A stretch of 64,000 nt of DNA from an uncultured Dehalococcoidia bacterium (GTDB lineage: Bacteria; Chloroflexota; Dehalococcoidia; Lucifugimonadales; UBA3495): contig CATMOE010000009.1 in NCBI GenBank assembly GCA_950072105.1, forward strand, positions 14,443 through 78,442, read 5' to 3'. Below, one piece after another: positions 9,641-19,394 of this stretch; the first letter of the stretch is position 1, and each line of letters opens with the position of its first letter. A program made the position numbers and the translations under genes. Under the pieces are notes generated by a model. It ran no database searches and was not told the DNA's origin. It saw only the letters and a program-made list of their open reading frames with translations.

Positions 9641-10267
9641 CTACTTCACGTCCATGATTCCCTGCAGTTCCCCGGGCAGCGTACGAGTTACGATGACGAC
9701 CGCGCCCTTGTTGGGCTTGATCTGTATGGTGAATTCCTGCTTCGCGGCCAAAAGAGGGGTCAGGTTGGTGAGGGTGACCGTAATTTCCACCTGCTCACCG
9801 GGGTCAACGATTTCTCCTGAGCCGATCAACCATTCAGAAGACCAGGAACACTCGGCGGTGTCGGGGTCCCCGTCGAAGCTCTGGGGGTTTTGACAGTTGA
9901 TGCCCTGGAAATCATCGAGATAGGTTATGACACTGCCGGTGGTGGACAGGTCGACAGACTCGGATGCGGTGGACGCTGGAGCCAGATTGAACTTTATGAG
10001 GTCGACGGCGGTCTTTGCGGCGTTAGAATCCGCAATCACCTCTCCACGGAGGCTTAAGGTCGACGACGTTTCCTGCAGACCTCCCAGAGCCGCCTCTTTA
10101 CTCTTTTCCGAACTCAAAAATCCAGTGTTGAGCACAGCAAATGCGAAAACCGAAGCGACTACCACGAAGGCGATGAGAACGATGGCCGTTTCCAGGCCCG
10201 TGATTCCTCGCTGGTTGTGTAAAAAATTATCGGTTCTGATTATAGGTCTATTTTTCAACGCCGTCAT
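9641..10267 (-). CDS. Archaellin (archaeal-type flagellin, ArlB/FlaB-like)
   Basis: Class III signal QRG|ITGLETAIVLIAFVVVASVFAFAVLNTG and C-terminal DPGE..EFTIQIKP..GA..VTRTLP typical of archaellins. Confidence 0.88.
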   Translation of the reverse strand: MTALKNRPIIRTDNFLHNQRGITGLETAIVLIAFVVVASVFAFAVLNTGFLSSEKSKEAALGGLQETSSTLSLRGEVIADSNAAKTAVDLIKFNLAPASTASESVDLSTTGSVITYLDDFQGINCQNPQSFDGDPDTAECSWSSEWLIGSGEIVDPGEQVEITVTLTNLTPLLAAKQEFTIQIKPNKGAVVIVTRTLPGELQGIMDVK

Positions 10268-10393
10268 GGAATGCTTACTGAGCGCCGGTCGATTGCCAGG
10301 TCAGCACCACAGGTCTGCTATTATATCTTAATCACTTTGAACACCCCGTCAGGGATCGCGCCGGGATAACCCGATTATCTGAACCCAAATGAA

Positions 10394-11155
10394 GTGATGG
10401 GCGAAAACATGCTACTCAACACCCCTTCTATCACCAGAGTCGACGGAGCCCCAGGCGGACGCCACTACCGGGTTGAAGGGTTCGACGGGTTGTTCCCATC
10501 GGTGACGACCGTGTTGGACGTTATCAATAAACCGGCCTTGGTGCCCTGGGCCAGAAATATGGCGCTGGAATCGGTGGAAACCGCGTTGATGAAGCGCACC
10601 GGGGCTCAAGAAGCAATCACCCCTGAGTGGGTGTCCAAGGTGATCGCCGAGGCCCGGCGCCGGCCGGAACAGATCAGGTCCGAGGCCGCCGACTTCGGCA
10701 CTCAGGCCCACGTAGCCATAGACCAAATAGTGCAAGGATTGGAGCCGCAGATCCCGCCCGAGATGGAGTTGGTGGTCAACAACTTCGCCGAATGGCGCCG
10801 CGAAGCCCACCTGGATATCAAGCTGACTGAGACCATGGTCTTTTCCGCCAAGTACCGCTACGCCGGAGCCATGGATGCCATCGCCTACCGTGACGGCAGT
10901 CTGGTGGCGTTGGACTGGAAGACCAGCAACGGTATCTATCCCGAATACGCCCTGCAAGTTGCCGCCTACGCCAAGGCCCTGGAAGAGATGACCGGAAATC
11001 CGGTCACCGAGGCTTGGACGGTAAGGTTCGGCAAATCCGCCCCGGAGTTTGAAGCCCGCCAAGTTATGGACCTGGAAAAGTCGTTCATCGCTTTCCGGGC
11101 GGCGCTGTATCTATGGCGGGCGATAAAAGGGGAGTTGCTCCACCCACCAGCGTAA
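10394..11155 (+). CDS. PD-(D/E)XK exonuclease-like protein (phage exonuclease/RecB-like family)
   Basis: PSVTTVL, GT.AH, E...YAGAMD, LDWKTS, LQVAAY motifs; start may be ATG 10409. Confidence 0.82.
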   Translation: MMGENMLLNTPSITRVDGAPGGRHYRVEGFDGLFPSVTTVLDVINKPALVPWARNMALESVETALMKRTGAQEAITPEWVSKVIAEARRRPEQIRSEAADFGTQAHVAIDQIVQGLEPQIPPEMELVVNNFAEWRREAHLDIKLTETMVFSAKYRYAGAMDAIAYRDGSLVALDWKTSNGIYPEYALQVAAYAKALEEMTGNPVTEAWTVRFGKSAPEFEARQVMDLEKSFIAFRAALYLWRAIKGELLHPPA

Positions 11156-11198
11156 GCCGCGTTTTATATACGATCGTTTTCCAAAAGGGAGATTAAAG

Positions 11199-11987
11199 GT
11201 GCTAATCGTCGACAGCCACGTTCACATCGCCTTGCACATCTACGAACCGGTCGAGATTCTACTGGCCCAGATGGAGCATAACCAGGTTGAGAAAACGGTG
11301 CTGGTGCAATCATCCACCACCGTAGACAACACCTACGTCATTGAATCCATGCGCCGGTTCCCTGGGCGGTTTTCCGTGGTCTGTCGAGTAGACGTGGACA
11401 GCCCCAACGCCCTTAACGACTTGGAGCGATGGGCTGGAGAAGGGGCCGAGTCGATCCGGCTACGGAACTTTCAACGCTCGCCGGGTGACGACCCACTGGC
11501 CATCTGGCGCAAAGCCGAGTCGTTGGGGATGTCGGTAAGCGTGGGCGGTCCGACAGACGTGTTCGCGTCAACCGATTTCGCTGATCTGGCCGAGGCTCTG
11601 CCCGGCCTGAAAATCGTGATCGAACACCTGGGAGGAGTGGGAGTCTGGGCGGTGGGAGAGACCCAGCGGCCCGAACCTCCCTACGCTCAATACCGGCAGA
11701 TGCTGGAACTAGCCCGCTTCCCTAACACTTACGTTAAGATTCACGGCATCGGAGAGATCTGCCCGCCGCCCTTCCCTTATCAAGACATCCCACCTTTCAT
11801 GGACATGGCCTACGAGGCGTTTGGGCCGCAAAGGATGACTTGGGGCAGCGACTACCCACCGGTCAGTCTAAGGGAAGGATACAGCAACGCCCTGCGGTAT
11901 CCTCAGGAGCACATGCCCTTCGCCAGCCAAGACGACCTGGAGTGGATCTTCGGCAAAACAGCCTTGTCCATTTGGAAGTTCCCGTAG
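11199..11987 (+). CDS. Amidohydrolase_2 family metal-dependent hydrolase
   Basis: DSHVH, IEHLG, YVKI, FGPQRMTWGSDYP. Confidence 0.9.
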   Translation: MLIVDSHVHIALHIYEPVEILLAQMEHNQVEKTVLVQSSTTVDNTYVIESMRRFPGRFSVVCRVDVDSPNALNDLERWAGEGAESIRLRNFQRSPGDDPLAIWRKAESLGMSVSVGGPTDVFASTDFADLAEALPGLKIVIEHLGGVGVWAVGETQRPEPPYAQYRQMLELARFPNTYVKIHGIGEICPPPFPYQDIPPFMDMAYEAFGPQRMTWGSDYPPVSLREGYSNALRYPQEHMPFASQDDLEWIFGKTALSIWKFP

Positions 11988-12041
11988 CCTGTCCCGAGTA
12001 TAGGCTGGTGGGTGGTCCAGTTCTAGGAAACTGACCCCGGC

Positions 12042-14704
12042 TTACTTGTTATTTCCGTTCCCGTTCCCGCCGCCATTCCCATTGCCACCGCCGTTGTCGT
12101 TCCCATTCCCGTTATCGTTGTCGTTCCCACCACCGTTGTCGGTGCCGCCCCCGTTGTCGTTGCCACCGGCGTTATCGTTTCCGTTGCCGCCTCCGTTCTC
12201 GGTCCCGTTGCCGCCGGCGTTGCTGCTGTTGTTCCCACTATTACCTTCCCCGCCGTCGTCATCGTCATCGTCATCATTGTCGACACCAGAGCCTACGCTT
12301 TGAGAGCTGGGGTCTCCAATATTACCTCGTCCTTGACCAGAGTTGCCATTTCCGTTGTTGCCCTGACCCGAGTTTCCGTTGCCGTTCCCATTGTTACCTT
12401 GGCCGGAGATGCCGTTATTGCCTACCCCGGAATTCCCGTTGCTGTTTCCATTGTTCTCTTGGCCGGCGTTACCTCTTCCTTCTCCGTTGTTACCCTGGCC
12501 AGAGTTCCCATTGTCATTGCCACGGTTGCCCTGGCCTTGACCCGGCGTCCCATTCCCTGGTGGAAGAGTTGCCGGAGCCGGCTCGATCACCCTGGGGCTA
12601 AAGTTCCGAACCAATCGAACAGTATCCATCCCTTCAAAGGGGGCTCCGCTGCCTACCAGACTGCCGGTCATCACAAGTTCGATTATTGTGTCGCCGGGTT
12701 GGGTCAGATCAATGTCTAATTCCGAGTATCGGAAGTGAAGTTTAAGTTGGGATAAGTCGTCAGCCAAGTGTCCGCCGTGCTCGGGTGGCGCTTCGATTCC
12801 CGTAACGCCGAAACGAACAGTTAAGGCGTCTACATCTGCGACGGCGAATCCGTCGTCGCCTAACAAGGCCACCGGCACAACACCCTTACCGTTGAGATTC
12901 AGTGCGCTGGGATTGATATTTACGTTGATCCTTTGTACCACCACTATGATGCTGAACAGCACATTTTCTGATGCGTTGCCCGCGGCATCGGTAGCTATAC
13001 AACTTACGGGGGTAGTCGCTCCCAAAGGATAAATTGGATCGTCCAACAGGGGGTCGTCCGGAGCGCAAGTCACGGTCATGTCCCCCGGCCCATCATCGGA
13101 GGCGAGAACAAGTGCGGCTAGGTCCACTTCCGCTCCCAGGGCAGTAGTGGCATTTAGTTCAAACACGCCTTCAATCACGTCTTCAGTGACCGCGAGAATA
13201 GGATCCGTGACATCAATGTGGATGATCAATGGCAGCGAATCATCCGATTCGTTCCCCGCAATGTCGGTAACGGTGGCGATTATGCTGTGGCTACCTTCGT
13301 CTAGCGGTAATAGCGGTGGTTCATTCGTAGTAATCTCATAAGATCCGAACCCATCAGTAGGACCACTGCCTATCTCTGGCCCAGCAGCGCCGTCGAACAG
13401 AGTCACCGTGCTGTCCGGCTCTAAATCTGGGACCGCTTTGCCATCAACAAACGTGGGCGTATCGTCATTTGTGATTTCGTCGTCCAGGAATGAACCAATG
13501 TCACTTGCGTCTATCAGGTCCGGCAAGGACGGCGGCGCCGGAGCGATGGTGTCAATATTCACCGGTGGCGTCGTGAATTCCGCAGAGTTGCCAGCCAAGT
13601 CGGACACGGTCACTATGGCGGTCACGCCCTCCCCTTCATCGCTAACCACCACCGGGCTACTCCCCGGTATAGTGGCATCTACCCCAGAGAGAGCGTCGCC
13701 TGGAGAGAAGGGGAAATCGACTTCCGAATTGTTCCAGCCTGCGCCGTTGGCCAAGGGGTTCTGTATCCCAAAGGTTAACGTCGGCTTGGTCAGGTCTACG
13801 TTGATCGGTGTCTCCGTGACCGACGCGCTGTTACCCGCCAGGTCCACCGCCGTTCCTAAGGAACTTTGACCGGCTCCCTCTCCCAGGGTTTCCGGTGCGG
13901 TGCATTTGTCTATGCCGGAACCGCCGATATCTTCACAAGTAAAGGTCACCTCGACCTGGGTGTTGTTCCATTGATTGGCGTTGGGACCTACGTCCCTAGC
14001 CGCGTTGATCGTCGGCTTGGTCAGATCGATGTAGATAGGTCCAACCACCACCGTTGCCTGGTTACCTTCGTTATCGATGCATGTGCCTGCGACAGAGTGA
14101 TTCTGCACCTCGAAGTTGATGGTTTGGTCGTCGGTCAGGCTGGCCACTCCTGAATCGTCATCCGTGCAGGTGAATTTCACCGTAACTGGTTCGTTATTCC
14201 ACACACCGCTAGTGGCCGCCGGACTCCGCGACCCGGTGATAGTTGGCGGGGTTTCATCCGTGGCAACTAATAGACCACGTACTAGCAGGGTTTCATGGCA
14301 ACAATCTGGTATACCGGCCGGATCGGATACGATGCGCCCACTGTTAAAGTCAGCAGCGTCACAGTGGTGATTAGTCGGGTCGAAATATGGGGACGCACAC
14401 TTCGTAGTTTTAAACGGATCGAATCGAGCCCCGCTTCCAATCCCCCCATCTCAGCAAAGGTAGGGTGGGCGGCAAGTTTGGTGGTGGTAGCAAAGCGAAA
14501 ACCATCCCTAAGAAGAATGGTGCCGGTGCAACCGCCGGATTTGCAGGGGCTTGCCCACACCCATTCCAAACCGTCCTTTTCAACGATCAGGTCGGGAGGG
14601 ATGGGGTCGCTGTTCTGATCCCCTGCCAAAACGCTGCCGGCGGATAGGAACACAGCGAACAGTACTATGCTTAACGCGGATGCCAGAATTATGTGCTTTC
14701 TCAC
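12042..14704 (-). pseudogene. Large secreted multi-domain surface protein (Cys-rich N-domain, Ig-like/HYR-like repeats, Gly/Asn/Asp-rich tail) split by a 1-nt frameshift at ~14442-14447
   Basis: The signal-peptide ORF 14704-14282 and the 720-aa ORF join into one frame if the G6 run (C6 on +, 14442-14447) were G7. The downstream frame is open from there (KCASPYFD..HCD..CCHETLLVR..DETPPTIT) and has repeated D.TKPT/D.AGN Ig-like motifs. Confidence 0.72.
12046..12560 (-). repeat. Low-complexity GN/GND-coding repeats (GNGNGNSGQGNN; GGGNDN) with poly-Asp
   Basis: Direct translation of the C-terminal ~170 aa. Confidence 0.85.
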
Positions 14705-15127
14705 GTCGATCCCTCGCCATGCAAGTCAGATACGCTGGGAAGTTGAATACGGGACGCAACCATACCGCATCCATTAAATCCCCAGATCATCAGACCGCAA
14801 ACTTTAAAAGGAATAGTCCAAATATCCTTGGTCAAGTCTGACCTTAGTCTCGTTTTTACACTTCACTCGTACCTCGCGGGCCTGTCCAGACACGTAATTC
14901 TAGAACATAGTTACAGTGCAGGCTACAGCTTGGTGAGATGGTTTCCCAGTCCGGAAACACGCAATCGTTAGGGGAATAACTTGCGGAATTATCTCGGGGT
15001 ATTGCTCATTGACCGGATAGTACCGTCCGGCTGTGTTTGAAACACGAGAATTCAGGAATGTTTTGAACGGTCAGCCGAGGACTCTCGTGGCGGCCTTTCC
15101 ATGAGACTCCTGTTGGGGGGAACGGGG

Positions 15128-15694
15128 TTAGAGGGAGTTCACCTCTTGGTATCTGAAACAGGAGACCAAGTGGTCGTTGACCAGGCCCGCCGCTTGGATA
15201 AAGGCATAGACGATGGTTGACCCTACGAATTTGAAGCCCCGGCGCTTCAAGTCGGCGCTTACTTTGTCTGACAATTCGGTCGTGGCGGGAATCTGGCCGT
15301 CGCCGGTCCAGGCGTTGCGCACCGGATTGCCGCCGACGAAGTCCCACAAATAAGTGTCGAAGCTGCCGCATTCCTCTTGCAGGTCCAGGTAGGCTTGGGC
15401 GTTGGTTACGGAGGAACGGACTTTCAATCGGTTGCGGATGATGCCCGGGTTGTTCAGCAGATCGGCGATCTTATCCTCGCCATATGCGGCGATGACCTTG
15501 ACGTCGAAGCCATCGTACGCCTCCCGGTAGCCCTCCCGCCTCTGGATGATTGATTCCCAACTCAAGCCGGCCTGGGCGCCGTCCAGAAGCAGATACTCGA
15601 ATAGCCGCCGGTCGTCGTGAAGGGGTACACCCCACTCCCGATCGTGGTATTCGATCATCGAGTCGCTCTTGGGCCATGAACAGCGTGAAACCAT
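15128..15694 (-). CDS. tag: DNA-3-methyladenine glycosylase I
   Basis: RC.W..YHDREWG, QAGLSW, IIRNRLK, GFKFVG, NDH..C. Confidence 0.95.
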   Translation of the reverse strand: MVSRCSWPKSDSMIEYHDREWGVPLHDDRRLFEYLLLDGAQAGLSWESIIQRREGYREAYDGFDVKVIAAYGEDKIADLLNNPGIIRNRLKVRSSVTNAQAYLDLQEECGSFDTYLWDFVGGNPVRNAWTGDGQIPATTELSDKVSADLKRRGFKFVGSTIVYAFIQAAGLVNDHLVSCFRYQEVNSL

Positions 15695-15844
15695 GTCATT
15701 CCCTCATGCAGGCAGCCCGATAATCACGACCCACATGGGTCTCTGCGCTACGGGATAGGTTTAGAGAGGTGCCAGGATCCCGGTGTCTCGGTTGATCCCA
15801 AAGGAAACGTACATGAATTAGGCCATCTCTGCGTCCATCCTTAC

Positions 15845-16849
15845 CTACCACACCAAGGGATTCCAGCCTTTGAATAACGTGCGCGGTTGCCCATGGAGGG
15901 AAGCGGTCTGACTGTCAGCCGTTACCAGGTAATAGAACTGGCCGGGCGACATTTCCTTGATGGAATTGAAGCTGCTAAATAGGGCCCTTGGGTCGTAGAA
16001 GGTCCATGACTGGGTGGCCGGGTCGAATTTCCAAACCCGCACCAGATTGTCGCCGATCACGCCAAGGGCCTGCCCCACCGGACCGCCTCCACCGCCAGAC
16101 GCGGCGGGAGTAGCCTCTATCGGCGCCTCCGCTCCGGGTACTTGAACCCCATCTATCCAAGCGGAAACGATACTGCCCTCAGGCGCCAGATTTCCGCTGA
16201 TCGATGCCGTGCCCACAAACACGTGGGGCGCCAATGGCGGCGCCTGTAGTAATGGCGCTGCCAAAATACCTCCCCGGCTGTTCGATCCCATACGGGCGGC
16301 CAAGGGACGGACCGGTACAAGTTGCCTGCTACCCATGGCTGCGCTGGACGCGGTTAGGTTCAACTCGTCAACGCCGCCTTGCTCCCAGATACCCGTCTCC
16401 TTAGCCTCGCTCCCTCCTATCTTGAACGTGATCGTCTTACCGGCATAGGACTCGCCACCGGGTTGATTGACGATGAGGATATAAGTGCCGTCAAAGGGCG
16501 GCGGTGCCGGCGGAGTGGTCGCCGTGGGGACGGGAGTTGGCGTGGGCGCCGCTGCCGGAGCGGGCGCAGGGGTGTTGGTGGGCGTGGGTGTATCGGCCGT
16601 AGCGGCCGTGGGCGGAGGCGGTACCGTTGCGGTTGGGGTGGTAACCGGAACGGCCGTGGCTTCTTCCACCGGCGCGGCCGTGGGGCTGGGGAGCGGCGCG
16701 GCGGTCGCGGTAGGGTTGGGTTGGACTACGGGCGCCGTTGTAGGCGGCAGGGGTGTTGGGGATTTCTCACCACCGCAAGCCGTCAATGCGATGACAGCTA
16801 CTAAGATCGCGGAAACCACTGCCGGTGCAGCGAATTTTCTGTTACGCAT
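15845..16849 (-). CDS. Lipoprotein with Pro/Thr/Ala-rich stalk and surface-associated C-terminal domains
   Basis: Lipobox LTAC, ~90-aa PTPT linker, C-terminal VWKFDPATQSWTFYDP..GWNPLVW. Confidence 0.8.
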   Translation of the reverse strand: MRNRKFAAPAVVSAILVAVIALTACGGEKSPTPLPPTTAPVVQPNPTATAAPLPSPTAAPVEEATAVPVTTPTATVPPPPTAATADTPTPTNTPAPAPAAAPTPTPVPTATTPPAPPPFDGTYILIVNQPGGESYAGKTITFKIGGSEAKETGIWEQGGVDELNLTASSAAMGSRQLVPVRPLAARMGSNSRGGILAAPLLQAPPLAPHVFVGTASISGNLAPEGSIVSAWIDGVQVPGAEAPIEATPAASGGGGGPVGQALGVIGDNLVRVWKFDPATQSWTFYDPRALFSSFNSIKEMSPGQFYYLVTADSQTASLHGQPRTLFKGWNPLVW

Positions 16850-17127
16850 ATTTCCTTCCAACGTTGAATAAACGATCCCATAAAGTCTACCCGGACAAAG
16901 GTCTTGAAACTAGGCGATATGGGCGCGATTCAAGTCTAGGTGGGGCACTATCTGTTGTCAAACCTCATGGATTCAACGGGTTTATAGACATGGTGGAACC
17001 AGCTTTTCCGGCACAGTTGTGTAAGGGAGTTCACCCGTGGTCTGACAGGTGCCGTTACCCTATATTCCCGGTGCAACGGGCATCAAGATAGTCAAAGTAG
17101 TTTCAATCAGGTTTATTGGAGGCCATC

Positions 17128-17400
17128 ATGTTTTGGCTTAAAGGCTGTCCCCACTGCAGCGGCGATCTCTACGTTGATCAGGACCAGTACGGTTCGTTCG
17201 TATCCTGCTTGCAATGCGGCTTGAACCAGGAAGTTTGCAGCCAACCTGGAGAGCCTCTGGAGATCTCGGCCGACCCGGTATTGCCTCAGCCGCTGCGCCA
17301 GTGGCAGGGGACCAAGCGCCGCCGGTTGTCCCACGGCGGCCGTCACTTCGCCAAAAGCTTATCCGTTGGCGAAGAGGCGCAAGCCCAATCGGTGGCCTAA
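17128..17400 (+). CDS. Small zinc-ribbon protein
   Basis: CPHC..GDL..CLQCG; GGAGG RBS before ATG 17128. Confidence 0.75.
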   Translation: MFWLKGCPHCSGDLYVDQDQYGSFVSCLQCGLNQEVCSQPGEPLEISADPVLPQPLRQWQGTKRRRLSHGGRHFAKSLSVGEEAQAQSVA

Positions 17401-17498
17401 AGCATTACGTTCCAAGCCGGACTCGATCGTTCCGGCAAGACCCCTATCGACTTCAACCCAGGCGTCCAAGGGCAGATAAGTCTACTTCCTTGACGATG

Positions 17499-17547
17499 CC
17501 GCCGATGGTCCGGCGCTCGTACCCACGGGATGCCGGACCATCGGCGG
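17499..17547. repeat. Long GC-rich inverted repeat (16-bp perfect stem plus extension)
   Basis: CCGCCGATGGTCCGGC...GCCGGACCATCGGCGG. Confidence 0.7.
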
Positions 17548-17775
17548 AACGGCCCCGTCTTCCAAGATATCCCCTGGTAAAGCTGATCGAGAGCCGACGC
17601 CCAGCTCCCTCATTTACTCTCCTCCCTCGCAACTCCCATCCTCGTCCCCGGCTCGTTACCCCTCTTAAAGCCCTGTGTTAACATTGGTGAGCATGTTTGA
17701 TCGGCCAGGCTCACGCCACGAGACTTGTCAGCGGCGGTAAAAGTCAGGACCGGAGAGGACGGAGGAAACGAATAC

Positions 17776-18963
17776 ATGAAGGCGCTTGAGGGCATCCGTG
17801 TGCTTGACCTGACCAGAGCCCTGGCAGGGCCGTTCTGCACACTGATGCTGGGAGACAACGGGGCGGACGTGATCAAAGTGGAGATTCCCGGTACGGGAGA
17901 TGACACCCGAAAGTGGGGCCCGCCGTTCATCGGTGAAGAGAGCGCTTATTATCTTTCCATCAATCGAAATAAGAGAAGTCTGACGCTGAATCTACAAGAC
18001 GCCCAAGCCCAAGAAGTATTTATGAAACTGGCCAAGGACATCGATGTGGTGGTGGAGAATTTCACGCCCGGTGTCATGGGGCGCTTCGGCTTGGACTACG
18101 ATGCGGTCAAGGCCGTTAGCCCCAAGGTTGTATATTGCTCCATATCCGGATTCGGCCAGGATGGCCCATATCGCAACCGCCCCGCCTACGATCAAATCAT
18201 GCAGGGCGTAGGTGGGCTGATGAGCATAACCGGCGAGCCCGACGGTGAGCCGCAAAAGATCGGCATCGCCGTCACGGACATCGGAGCCGGCATGTGGTCC
18301 GCCTTCGCCATAATGGCGGCTTTGCACCACCGTGAAAAGTCCGGCGAAGGTCAGTACATCGACATCTCGATGCTAGACGCTCAAGTCGCCTGGCTGACTT
18401 ATCAAGCGGCCTTCTTTTTCGCCAACGGCGAGGCCCCCAAGCGCATGGGCGCCGCCCATCCTACCCTGGTGCCTTATCAGGCGTTCATGTGTAATGACGG
18501 CAAGTACATCAACGTCGCCGTCGGTTCGGAAAGAATCTGGGGGAGGTTCTGCCAGGGTATGGGCCGGGAAGACCTGAAGGACCACCCCGACTATGCCACC
18601 AACAGCGTTCGAGTGAACCATCGAGGCGCGATGGTGTCCATGCTGCAAGAGATTTTTCTTACCCGGCCGGTGGCCGAGTGGGTTGAGGACCTGCAAGCCG
18701 CCAACGTGCCGTGCGGGCCGATCAACGACTTGGCGGATGTTTTCGCCGACCCTCAGGTCTTGGCCAGGAACATGTATCTGGAAATGCCCCATCCCACCCT
18801 GGGTTCGATCAAGCAGACGGGGCTGCCCATAAAGTTTTCCCTTACCCCAGGCGGCCTTGACCGGCACCCACCCCTATTGGGTGAACACAACCAGGAGATA
18901 CTACAATCTCTGGGTTACTCCGACGCCGACGTCCAAAGTTTGAAGGAACAATCTGTGATCTGA
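17776..18963 (+). CDS. CoA-transferase family III (CaiB/BaiF)
   Basis: LEGIRVLDL..LAGP, GADVIKVE, NRNKRS, ENF.PG, SISGFGQDGP, PLLGEH; GGAGG RBS. Confidence 0.94.
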   Translation: MKALEGIRVLDLTRALAGPFCTLMLGDNGADVIKVEIPGTGDDTRKWGPPFIGEESAYYLSINRNKRSLTLNLQDAQAQEVFMKLAKDIDVVVENFTPGVMGRFGLDYDAVKAVSPKVVYCSISGFGQDGPYRNRPAYDQIMQGVGGLMSITGEPDGEPQKIGIAVTDIGAGMWSAFAIMAALHHREKSGEGQYIDISMLDAQVAWLTYQAAFFFANGEAPKRMGAAHPTLVPYQAFMCNDGKYINVAVGSERIWGRFCQGMGREDLKDHPDYATNSVRVNHRGAMVSMLQEIFLTRPVAEWVEDLQAANVPCGPINDLADVFADPQVLARNMYLEMPHPTLGSIKQTGLPIKFSLTPGGLDRHPPLLGEHNQEILQSLGYSDADVQSLKEQSVI

Positions 18964-19394
18964 TATCAAATACCTAGCGCCATGGGTAATGAAGCCGTAA
19001 TACTTAATTGCCTGAAAATTGACTTCCGGCGCGAATCGCAGTCACTTGCCGTTACAACCAGCCTGCCCTGATTTGATGAAAAGGTTCTACTCTTGACTGG
19101 ATACGGGTGCTCCCGGGCCGATGCGCACCACGGCTTGAGAGCGCAAAAACTACCGGCCGCACTCCGGAGCCAATCTCCTTGGGGCGCCTGCCGCCCCGAT
19201 CGGGCGATTCTATTTCCCCATTCGCCGCCCGTCAAAAAGTATATCGTTGGGATCCGGGCCGGCCTGAACCTAGGAGAATTTCCGACGCGGACGGCGAATG
19301 CCCGTCTTGCTTGCGACTCCCTGGAAGACTATCATGGGACGGAATTTTTCCGCATGCTTTCACGAATCACTCTGACAAAGGATGTCATCTGGCC

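Noticed and set aside
10394..11155. Cas4 call for the nuclease
   Set aside because: It lacks the four Fe-S cysteines of Cas4, and no cas genes or array are nearby.
12046..12560. Repetitive DNA as a possible CRISPR array
   Set aside because: The repeats are degenerate, codon-phased Gly/Asn coding units without constant repeat/unique spacer structure.
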